A DNA stretch of 32,000 bases, taken from NCBI RefSeq assembly GCF_000022265.1, contig NC_011979.1, forward strand, positions 1,140,001-1,172,000. The letters run 5' to 3'. This DNA comes from Geotalea daltonii FRC-32 (lineage in GTDB: Bacteria; Desulfobacterota; Desulfuromonadia; Geobacterales; Geobacteraceae). This document shows positions 13,484 through 21,881 of the stretch, one piece after another (the first letter of the stretch is position 1; every line of letters begins with the position of its first letter). Below the pieces are notes generated by a model. That model made no database searches and was not told the DNA's origin. It worked only from the letters and a program-made list of their open reading frames with translations. Both the position numbers and the translations under genes were made by a program.

Positions 13484-14709
13484 TGAAGATTGTGACGGTC
13501 GGTACCGGCATGGCCGCGGCGGAATTTGTCCAGCGGCTGAGGCTGGCTGGATTCCGCGGCGAGATTGTCATGTGCAGCGACGAGAATTTCGCCCCGTATT
13601 CCCCATGCGTGATCCCTTTTTACCTGGCTGGTGAACCCCTTGACACGGTTTTCTGGAAAGGAAAGGACTTTTACCAGCACTACCGGGTGACGCCCCGCCT
13701 CTCAGACCCTGTGGTTGAAGTGGATGCGGAAAAGCGGATTGTCAGGACCGTTGCGGGAAGGGCCGAGGCCTATGACCGGTTGTTTTACGCAGCCGGTGCG
13801 CGGAGCTGGTATCCTTGCCCTGAATGGCTCGAGACGCAGGGCGTGTTCGGTTTCAAGACACTAACCGACATGGTGGCAATCGATGAATATATCAAAGAGC
13901 ACAACATCAAAAAAGGGGTGGTGTTCGGTGGTGGATTCATCGGTGTCGATGCCGCCCTGGCCTTGCGGCACCGGGGCCTGGATATGATGCTGGTGCATCG
14001 CAATAACCGGATCCTCTCCCAGATGACCGACAAGGAAGGGGGGCAGTTCGCTACCCGCAAACTGGCACGGAAAACCGGCATAGACATCAGATTGAAGTGT
14101 ACGGTAAGCGAGATTGTTGCAGATGGCGGTCAACTTGCTGCAGTTAAGTTATCAGACAACAGCATGATTGAAACCCGCTTGCTGATTGTTGCCATCGGCA
14201 TCTCACCAAATTCGGAGCCCTTATGTGGGCATGACAAGGGGGTGCCGGTTGACCGGCAGATGCTGGCCGGCGCCGGAATATATACAGCCGGAGATGTTGC
14301 CGTCACTCCACATGCCGTTACCGGGGAGACCGGCATCTACGCCACGTACCCCAATGCCATGCAGCAAACTCGCACCGCTGCCAGGCACCTGCTGCACGGC
14401 GATGGCCAATATGCCGGATCCGTCAATACCAATGTGCTGAAAAAACACATTGATTTTCCCATAGTATCAGCCGGCAGTTTTACGGGAGAGACGGTTACCT
14501 GGCAGCAGGGGGACATCTGGCGACGGGTTTATCTGGAGGACGATATGATCAACGGCTACATCATCATCGGCGATACCCGTATTTCCGGCTATATCTATCA
14601 GCTGTACCTGTCCCGCAAGAAGGTGGATAGCACCATTAAGAAAGTCCTCTCTGCGCCCCGTCATGACGCCTATTATCGCCATATGCTGGGATGTGGTCAG
14701 GAGCCGTAA
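13480..14709 (+). CDS. FAD-dependent pyridine nucleotide-disulfide-type NAD(P)H oxidoreductase associated with CODH
   Basis: There are two dinucleotide-binding folds (KIVTVGTGMAAAEF and GVVFGGGFIGVDAAL) plus GDVA. The start overlaps the cooF stop (ATGA). Confidence 0.85.
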   Translation: MMKIVTVGTGMAAAEFVQRLRLAGFRGEIVMCSDENFAPYSPCVIPFYLAGEPLDTVFWKGKDFYQHYRVTPRLSDPVVEVDAEKRIVRTVAGRAEAYDRLFYAAGARSWYPCPEWLETQGVFGFKTLTDMVAIDEYIKEHNIKKGVVFGGGFIGVDAALALRHRGLDMMLVHRNNRILSQMTDKEGGQFATRKLARKTGIDIRLKCTVSEIVADGGQLAAVKLSDNSMIETRLLIVAIGISPNSEPLCGHDKGVPVDRQMLAGAGIYTAGDVAVTPHAVTGETGIYATYPNAMQQTRTAARHLLHGDGQYAGSVNTNVLKKHIDFPIVSAGSFTGETVTWQQGDIWRRVYLEDDMINGYIIIGDTRISGYIYQLYLSRKKVDSTIKKVLSAPRHDAYYRHMLGCGQEP

Positions 14710-14867
14710 TTTTCCAATAAAGCCTCCCCCCTGACTTTGTCAGCCTGTTTCAGGCAGCCTTTCCCCCCCTCAATTAACATTCCTCATTAAATACTTATGG
14801 CACTCAAAATGCTATAACGGGTCATTCGGAATTGTTTTTGCCAGAAAAATGGTCAAGAAACAAATAG

Positions 14868-15033
14868 CTAGTGTCCCGTGCGGTTAGTTCACCGCAAGAA
14901 TTCTGAGGGATTTTGGTTACTGGCAAGGCGCGGCGACGCAGGCCTAGCAGGGCCTAAGCCAAGGAGATGCAACGCAGCCAGGGGCCAAAAGAGCCAGAAT
15001 TGTAAGGAATGATTTAACCGATCGGGACACTAG
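14868..15033 (-). mobile_element. MITE-like element family A, 166 bp, with CTAG at both ends
   Basis: ctagtgtcccgtgcgg...ccgatcgggacactag is the near-identical reverse complement of 28307-28472. Confidence 0.85.
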
Positions 15034-15152
15034 TTACTTCGACAGGCGTTGCCGCTTGATGAATTGATTCGGCGTATTAACGGGTCACCAGGATTTTCAT
15101 GCTATTTAACGTAAATGTGAAAGAGGTTAAATTTCTCGAAGGAGGAACGCAG

Positions 15153-18100
15153 ATGGCAAAGCGAACAGCCGTAAAGGCCCGGGCATGGTTCGGGCAGCAG
15201 ATCGCACTCCTGTGCCTATTGCTCATATCAGTGGGCAGTGCCTGGGGCGCAGAGATGGTAACCAACGGTGCTTTCAGTGGCAGCGCCGGCTGGACATTCA
15301 GTACCGCCACCTATGACAGCACCACAGGCAGAAGTGCTAATGGTTCAGCCAAACTGTACATTGCGGCAAGAAACACAGCCACCGCCGGTACAGTGACTCA
15401 GTCGGTTTCCATTCCTGCCGGGTCAGTCATCAATGCTGTGGCCTTGTATTCCCAGTTGACCACCAATTATGAAACTGCAGGCGACAACATATCGGTAGAC
15501 CTGCGCTATGAAGATGCCACCACCGTCAACATTTTCAGTTCCGGTGAGCTTACCAACAGCTCTTGGACTGTGCGCAATGGTGCCGGTGTCACCTTAGCGC
15601 AGAATGTCAATCAGATTATCATCACCATGAACACCAAGGCGGGCAATAATGCGGCAGCAAACGCTTCCCTGTGGGTGGACGACCTGTCCATCAGCTACAC
15701 AGCGTCAAACAACGGTACTACTCCCGGCGCAATGACGTCCTTCGGCGCCACGGATAAACAGATCAGCATCCAAGTCGCCTTCACAGGCGATGATGATAAC
15801 GATAACAGTTGTGTCATTGCCTACGGCACTACTCCTGGTAACTACAACTTTACGGCGCCGGCGCCGGTGAAAGGTGCAGGTATTTACACCACCACCGTCA
15901 GCGGCCTTACCCCCAATACCCCCTATTATTTCCAAGCCACTTTTACAGATCCAGACAACACTCCCGGCACGGTGACCGGTACATTCTCCACGACCCCGCC
16001 TCTTTCGGACCCTCTGCTGCACAACAGCATCAACCTTGGCGCCAAGTACTGGTCGGCCAGCAGCGGTTGGGGTGTTGCCGGTGGTCAGTATGGAGAGTTC
16101 ACCTGTACCACCTGTCATAATCGAAACACCGGTAACATAAAAAGGGTAGTGGGTTCGATACCTGCCACCATCGGTACGGCAGTAGTGAAACCTGTAACAT
16201 ACCGCAACGTCACCGCCTTCGGTAACGATGCCGGCGGGCATACCACTTCGCAGCGCATCTGTGAAGTCTGCCACACCCAGACTACTGAGCATAAGTATAA
16301 CCAGACAACCGGCGACCTGAATCATAAGAACGCCAATTTAACGGACTGTACCTCCTGTCATGCCCACAACAAGTCCTTTGGTGCATCTTGTAACAGTTGC
16401 CACGGATATCCCCCCATCAACGCCACTCTTGGTACTGACGGTCTGGCCTCGCCTGCAACAGGCGTGCTGGTCTCCGGACAGGCTGGCGCCCATGCCACCC
16501 ACGTCAATGTCCGCGGAATGACCTGCGAAACCTGTCACCAGGGCTATACTCAAAACCCGATGGGGAATCAGACCCTGGAATTTGGTTTCAATATCAACGA
16601 AGGAACCATATCCGGATTCAAAGGCACCTTCAACGGCGGCAGTTTTGCCAGTAAAACGCCATATTCCCCTTACAGCAGCAACTCAACCTATACCGGCACG
16701 ACAGTCAACATGGCAACAGGCAACAACAATACCTGTTCCAACCTCTACTGTCACGGCGGATATGCAGGCAGCAACGGCTCCCTCACGGTTCCCTCCTGGA
16801 CCGCCGGTGCAACTGCCAAGGGTTGTGGTGCCTGCCACGGCGTCAGCCAGGCAACTCCTCCCACCTCCGGCAACCATGTCCGCCATACCGGAACGGCAAC
16901 GGGCAACATGGGCATTGCTTGTAGTGATTGTCACGGGACGCTTCCTGCCAATAATGCACATGTTAATGGCAATGTGGTAACAAGCCTGAATCCCGCATCG
17001 AAACTGCGGGCAAATGCCACTTACAAGGGCTTTGCCAACCAGTCTTCCGTAGCGCTCAGCTATGGCGCCTGTGCTGTTTACTGCCACAGCACGGTTCAGA
17101 ACTCGACGGCAACGGCGGTGGCGACTCCGACAGTGACGCCAGTATGGGGAGGCGCACCAATCGTCTCCTGCGACACCTCGGCATGCCACGGCAATCCACC
17201 GGCCAATGCCAACCATTCCACCCACGTAAATGCAGGCTACGAGTGTATTGTCTGTCATAATGCAGCGGGCAGGGACACTGCCAAGCATGCCGACTACAAC
17301 ATCGATGTTACCTTCAGCGGCGTTGCCGGTTCCGGCACCTACAGCCAATCCCCCAATGCCCCCGGCAACGGGTTCGGCACTTGTTCGGCGACGTACTGCC
17401 ACAACGGAGCAGCCAGTGCTCCCTCATGGAATGGCTCTTCCCTGCCGACTGATTGTACAGGATGCCATGGTAATGAAGTGACCGCGGCAACCAAGTTGAG
17501 TGGAGCTCACAATGCCCATCTGAACAATGCAAGCCAGGGGGGCGTCTTTACATGTAGTTCCTGCCACGCCCCGACTATTACCAATCCCAACAATAGAACG
17601 ATTACGAACAGCATTTCCCATGTCAACGGCATGCTCAACTACTCCGGTCTCTATGCGGGCAGGAACGCGACCTGTAGCAACATCTACTGCCACAGCACCG
17701 GCAAGGGCACCTTCGTCAATCCACCAACATGGGCCAGCGGCACAACCTTGGGTTGTAACGGCTGCCACGGCACCGGCGGCAATACAAGTGGTATGCCTTC
17801 ACCGGACGCCGTCGGCGTCAACAGCCACACCAAGCACCTGCCGACCCAGGACACCACCAAGTGCGTCTACTGTCACCGCACAACGGTCAACGGCACCAAC
17901 GCCATCATAACCGGCAGTCAGCACATCAATGCTGCACGCGATGTCCGCTTCAGCAAGCCCAATGCCTTCACCAACAACTCTGGTGCATATAATGCCGGCA
18001 ACAGGACCTGTTCGACCTCCTACTGCCACGGCACCGCAGCATCCGATGCCTGGGGTACCGCCGGTCCGCTGGCATGTAACAAGTGTCACGCCGGCAGTAA

Positions 18101-21100
18101 CGTCCTGCCCGGTGCCCATGGCATTCACTACAACACGGCAACTGTCGTCACCGGTCTCTACGGAGCGGCTCCCGGCAGCTCCAGCCAGAGTGCCACCGCC
18201 TACCAGTTTTCATGTTCAGCCTGCCACGGCACCGATGCCACTAAGCATGCCAACTACCCAGTGGCCAATGCATCCGATGCCACCATCTTCTTCGGATTCT
18301 CCTCCGCCGGCCGTGGACAGAACGCCACTAACGCCTATGTTGCCCAGGCAACCGGCTCCACCGACGCGGCTGGGTTCCAGTGGACCACCGGCGGTAACGG
18401 CAACTGTAGCGCCACCTACTGCCACAGCAACGCCCGCGGCAGTAACGGCGTAAGCGCATCGGTCAACTGGGGTATCACCGCCAGGGATGCGAGCTGCGGA
18501 ACCTGCCATGGCAACTCAACCACCACCATCGCCGGTAGCAACCCCGCCAGCACGCCCAGCATGCTCTCCGGTGCCCATAAGGCCCACATCTCTACAGTCT
18601 CTACCGGTGGCAGTTTTGCCTGTACCGACTGCCACGCTGACACCCTGAGCGGGAATACCACCATTGCCGCCAATGCTTATAACAAGCACGTCAACAAGTT
18701 CATCAACTACTCCGGCCGCTATGCCGGGAAGAACAAGACCTGTTCTACCTTCTATTGCCACAGTAACGGCAAGGGGGGTGCACCTGTAACTGCGCTGCCT
18801 GCCTGGACCAGCGGCACGACCCTTGGCTGTAACGGCTGCCACGGCTCCACCGGCAACGCCAGCGGTATGCCCACACCCGATGCCGTCGGCGTCAACAGCC
18901 ACACCAAGCACCTGCCGACCCAGGACACCACCAAGTGCGTCTACTGCCACAGGACCACCGTCAACGGCACCAACGCCATCATAACCGGCAGCCAGCACAT
19001 CAATGCTGCACGTGATGTCCGCTTCAGCAAGCCCAATGCCTTCACTAACAACTCTGGTGCATATAATGCCGGCAACAGGACCTGTTCGACCTCCTACTGC
19101 CACGGCACCGCAGCATCCGATGCCTGGGGTACCGCCGGTCCGCTTGCATGTAACAAGTGTCACGCTGGCAGTAACGTCCTGCCCGGTGCCCACGGCATTC
19201 ACTACAACACGGCAACTGTCGTCACCGGTCTCTACGGAGCGGCTCCCGGCAGCTCCAGCCAGAGTGCCACCGCCTACCAGTTTTCATGTTCAGCCTGCCA
19301 CGGCACCGATGCCGCTAAGCATGCCAACTACCCAGTGGCCGATGCATCCGATGCCACCATCTTCTTCGGATTCTCCTCCGCTGGCCGTGGCCAGAACGCC
19401 ACTAACGCCTATGTTGCCCAGGCAACCGGCTCCACCGACGCGGCTGGGTTCCAGTGGACCACCGGCGGTAACGGCAACTGTAGCGCCACCTACTGCCACA
19501 GCAACGCCCGCGGCAGCAACGGCGTAAGCGCATCCGTCAACTGGGGTATCACCGCCAGGGATGCGAGCTGCGGAACCTGCCATGGCAACTCAACCACCAC
19601 CATCGCCGGCAGCAACCCTGCCAGCACGCCCAATATGCTCTCCGGTGCCCACAAGGCCCACATAGTAGGAGTATCTACCGGCGGCGGCTTCGGTTGTGTT
19701 GACTGCCATGCAACTACGGTCAGCAGCAACACAACGATCGGGACAAGTCGCTACAATAAACATGTCAACAAGTTCGTTGATTACTCCGGCCTCTATGCAG
19801 GCAAGAACAAAACCTGCAGCAATATCTACTGCCACAGCACAGGCAGAGGCACCTTTGTCAATCCGCCCACCTGGGCAAGCGGCACAACCCTCGACTGTAG
19901 CGGCTGCCACGGCTCTACCTCCGCCAACCTCACCTCGGGCAGCCATAATGCCCACTTGGTCGCCGGTGCCACCTGCCAGAACTGCCACTGGAACACCACC
20001 CAGGCCAATGGTACAATTGTAGTCGTCGCCGAACACATCAGCAGAACAGTCGGCGTCAATCAAGGCAGTACCTTTAAATCGGCCGCCGTCAGCTTCACCG
20101 GTACCACGAGCTGTTCGGCAATTTCCTGTCACAGCAACGGCACCTCCGGCGGGGCAGCTGCAGCAACCTGGGGCGGTACCCTCAAATGTGACGGCTGCCA
20201 TCCCAATCTCTCCGCCGCCCACACGGTTCACGCCAACCTGAACCTGAGCACCGGCGTCACCTTCTACAACTATACCGCCATCAAGTCCACCGGTTCCGAG
20301 GCGGTCAACGGCGTCAAGTACGGCTTCGGCTGCGGTACCTGTCATCCACTGGTGGAATCGACCTACCATATGGACGGCAGCGTCGAGGTACAACTTGATC
20401 CGGCCACCGTCGGCGCCGGCGCCCTGCGCCAGAAAAACGGCGTCGGCGCAATAATGAACGGTGACAAGAGCTGTGATATGGTCTACTGCCACAGTGACGG
20501 CAAAAACACCATGGTTGCATCCGGCAACGGCCATGCACCTGTCTGGACGACCACCTTTGCAGCCCTCGGTGGCGACCGTTGTGCCAAGTGCCACGGCAAC
20601 TCCCCGCAGACCTCAGCCCACGACGCACACCAGGTCGGCATTCACTACAATAACATCTACAACGGGACGTCCGGCAAGCTGGCTGCTGGTGCAAGTGGCT
20701 CTTCCAGCCATGGTGTAGCAGGCCAGTCAACCACCATCACCTGTAACATCTGTCACAACAAAACTATGACTGCCGCGGCAAATGACCAGAACGCCCTCTG
20801 TAACACCTGCCACACCAAGGGTGTCAATGGCGCATTGGTTAAGGGTAATGCCAAAATTGCCGATTTCTCCTTCCACGTCAACGGCAAGAAAGAAATCGCC
20901 TTCCTGCCTTCGCTCAAGGTCGTCTCGAAGGCACAGCTCAGACAGACCAGCTTCTCCAACTACTCCGGTCTCTGGGTACGTAACGGCGGCAACTACAAGA
21001 ACGGCGTTAACGCCTTCGACACCGCCAAAACCGCTTTTGCGGACAACATGTGGAACTCGACGGCAGGTACCTGCTCCAACATCTCCTGTCACAACCTGAG

Positions 21101-21167
21101 AGTAGGCGAGGCCGTCAACTGGACCGACACCACCATCAGTTGTAATTCCTGTCACAGCAAGTTGTAA
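15153..21167 (+). CDS. Secreted giant multihaem c-type cytochrome with repeated CX4CH...CXXCH modules (Geobacter-type repeat family)
   Basis: The ATG at 15153 has a ggagg RBS. The signal peptide is ...LLCLLLISVGSAWG/AE. A CBM-like beta-sandwich (NGAFSGSAGW...) and an FN3-like domain (...SGLTPNTPYYFQATF) follow. Manual count then gives 30 CXXCH and 14 CX3-4CH motifs, many followed by an H-x2-H. Confidence 0.9.
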   Translation: MAKRTAVKARAWFGQQIALLCLLLISVGSAWGAEMVTNGAFSGSAGWTFSTATYDSTTGRSANGSAKLYIAARNTATAGTVTQSVSIPAGSVINAVALYSQLTTNYETAGDNISVDLRYEDATTVNIFSSGELTNSSWTVRNGAGVTLAQNVNQIIITMNTKAGNNAAANASLWVDDLSISYTASNNGTTPGAMTSFGATDKQISIQVAFTGDDDNDNSCVIAYGTTPGNYNFTAPAPVKGAGIYTTTVSGLTPNTPYYFQATFTDPDNTPGTVTGTFSTTPPLSDPLLHNSINLGAKYWSASSGWGVAGGQYGEFTCTTCHNRNTGNIKRVVGSIPATIGTAVVKPVTYRNVTAFGNDAGGHTTSQRICEVCHTQTTEHKYNQTTGDLNHKNANLTDCTSCHAHNKSFGASCNSCHGYPPINATLGTDGLASPATGVLVSGQAGAHATHVNVRGMTCETCHQGYTQNPMGNQTLEFGFNINEGTISGFKGTFNGGSFASKTPYSPYSSNSTYTGTTVNMATGNNNTCSNLYCHGGYAGSNGSLTVPSWTAGATAKGCGACHGVSQATPPTSGNHVRHTGTATGNMGIACSDCHGTLPANNAHVNGNVVTSLNPASKLRANATYKGFANQSSVALSYGACAVYCHSTVQNSTATAVATPTVTPVWGGAPIVSCDTSACHGNPPANANHSTHVNAGYECIVCHNAAGRDTAKHADYNIDVTFSGVAGSGTYSQSPNAPGNGFGTCSATYCHNGAASAPSWNGSSLPTDCTGCHGNEVTAATKLSGAHNAHLNNASQGGVFTCSSCHAPTITNPNNRTITNSISHVNGMLNYSGLYAGRNATCSNIYCHSTGKGTFVNPPTWASGTTLGCNGCHGTGGNTSGMPSPDAVGVNSHTKHLPTQDTTKCVYCHRTTVNGTNAIITGSQHINAARDVRFSKPNAFTNNSGAYNAGNRTCSTSYCHGTAASDAWGTAGPLACNKCHAGSNVLPGAHGIHYNTATVVTGLYGAAPGSSSQSATAYQFSCSACHGTDATKHANYPVANASDATIFFGFSSAGRGQNATNAYVAQATGSTDAAGFQWTTGGNGNCSATYCHSNARGSNGVSASVNWGITARDASCGTCHGNSTTTIAGSNPASTPSMLSGAHKAHISTVSTGGSFACTDCHADTLSGNTTIAANAYNKHVNKFINYSGRYAGKNKTCSTFYCHSNGKGGAPVTALPAWTSGTTLGCNGCHGSTGNASGMPTPDAVGVNSHTKHLPTQDTTKCVYCHRTTVNGTNAIITGSQHINAARDVRFSKPNAFTNNSGAYNAGNRTCSTSYCHGTAASDAWGTAGPLACNKCHAGSNVLPGAHGIHYNTATVVTGLYGAAPGSSSQSATAYQFSCSACHGTDAAKHANYPVADASDATIFFGFSSAGRGQNATNAYVAQATGSTDAAGFQWTTGGNGNCSATYCHSNARGSNGVSASVNWGITARDASCGTCHGNSTTTIAGSNPASTPNMLSGAHKAHIVGVSTGGGFGCVDCHATTVSSNTTIGTSRYNKHVNKFVDYSGLYAGKNKTCSNIYCHSTGRGTFVNPPTWASGTTLDCSGCHGSTSANLTSGSHNAHLVAGATCQNCHWNTTQANGTIVVVAEHISRTVGVNQGSTFKSAAVSFTGTTSCSAISCHSNGTSGGAAAATWGGTLKCDGCHPNLSAAHTVHANLNLSTGVTFYNYTAIKSTGSEAVNGVKYGFGCGTCHPLVESTYHMDGSVEVQLDPATVGAGALRQKNGVGAIMNGDKSCDMVYCHSDGKNTMVASGNGHAPVWTTTFAALGGDRCAKCHGNSPQTSAHDAHQVGIHYNNIYNGTSGKLAAGASGSSSHGVAGQSTTITCNICHNKTMTAAANDQNALCNTCHTKGVNGALVKGNAKIADFSFHVNGKKEIAFLPSLKVVSKAQLRQTSFSNYSGLWVRNGGNYKNGVNAFDTAKTAFADNMWNSTAGTCSNISCHNLRVGEAVNWTDTTISCNSCHSKL
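17790..19663 (+). repeat. In-frame tandem duplication inside the cytochrome gene: 17790-18589 is repeated at 18864-19663 (period 1074 bp = 358 codons)
   Basis: The two 800-bp blocks differ at only a few positions by eye. The protein block GMP(S/T)PDAVGVNSHTKHLPTQ...SGAHKAHI occurs twice. Confidence 0.95.
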
Positions 21168-21194
21168 TCGGAACCAAATAACCAGCAGCACAAA

Positions 21195-21227
21195 GAAAGG
21201 CCGGAGAAATCCGGCCTTTCTTTTTTT
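21195..21227 (+). terminator. Rho-independent terminator of the cytochrome gene
   Basis: The stem is gaaaggccgga-gaaa-tccggcctttc (11 bp), followed by ttttttt. It begins 28 nt after the stop codon. Confidence 0.85.
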
Positions 21228-21324
21228 GTCATGGGTAATAGTGAAAGAAAAAAGTCAAGGGAAGTGGCGGTTTCTGCGACGGGGGCGATGCAACCTCGAT
21301 GAAGCGGGAATGAAAGCCTTCGCT

Positions 21325-21789
21325 TTAAAAGCACCCCAGCTGGCATTGCTTGATTTTATACTTCTGAACATTGGCTGCTTCGGCGACGGCCATCGGTTTG
21401 ACCTTTAGTTCACGGGCGAGGGCAGCGGCGGCGGTACAGGTGAACTCTCCCTTTTCACCGAGGGCTGCGACCCGGCGGGCCACTTCTTCGGTGAATGGTT
21501 CCTTTACCGTGCCGGCATGGGCGGTCTTGCTCACCTTGAAACAGCCGAGCTGGCAGTCGGTGATGCGGAGTCCGAGCCTGTCGATCATGGCGCCGACGGC
21601 AAGGCGGGAAACGCCGGCATCGGCAGCGATTTTCCAGGCTGACGGACAGGGAACGTAGCCGTCCCTGGCGGCGCTCCTGACTGCTGTCTCCAAATTTTTG
21701 AGGGCTTCCTGTGAGAGATTATCGGGGTTTTCGGGCAGGTTTATCCTGCCCTTTTTCTTTTGACGGTCGGCATCGTTGAAGTCGCGCAT
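21325..21789 (-). CDS. Small Cys-motif protein of unknown function with two internal repeats, each ending in CQLGCF
   Basis: The ATG at 21789 is preceded by agaggaa. The two repeats are ...CPSAWKIAADAGVSRLAVGAMIDRLGLRITDCQLGCF and ...CTAAAALARELKVKPMAVAEAANVQKYKIKQCQLGCF. Confidence 0.6.
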   Translation of the reverse strand: MRDFNDADRQKKKGRINLPENPDNLSQEALKNLETAVRSAARDGYVPCPSAWKIAADAGVSRLAVGAMIDRLGLRITDCQLGCFKVSKTAHAGTVKEPFTEEVARRVAALGEKGEFTCTAAAALARELKVKPMAVAEAANVQKYKIKQCQLGCF

Positions 21790-21881
21790 GGGGTTCCTCT
21801 TTCTGCATCGGTTGCTGTATAAAAACATTGTTTTATGTGTCCGATGAAATAGCGCCAACCGCACGATTTGTCAAGGGAAGA

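Noticed and set aside
15705-21191. Many alternative-frame and antisense ORFs (Pro/Ala/Thr/Gly-rich, up to 334 aa) inside the cytochrome gene
   Set aside because: They are typical shadow ORFs of a GC-rich repetitive gene and are duplicated only because the DNA is duplicated. They have no motifs and no independent start signals.
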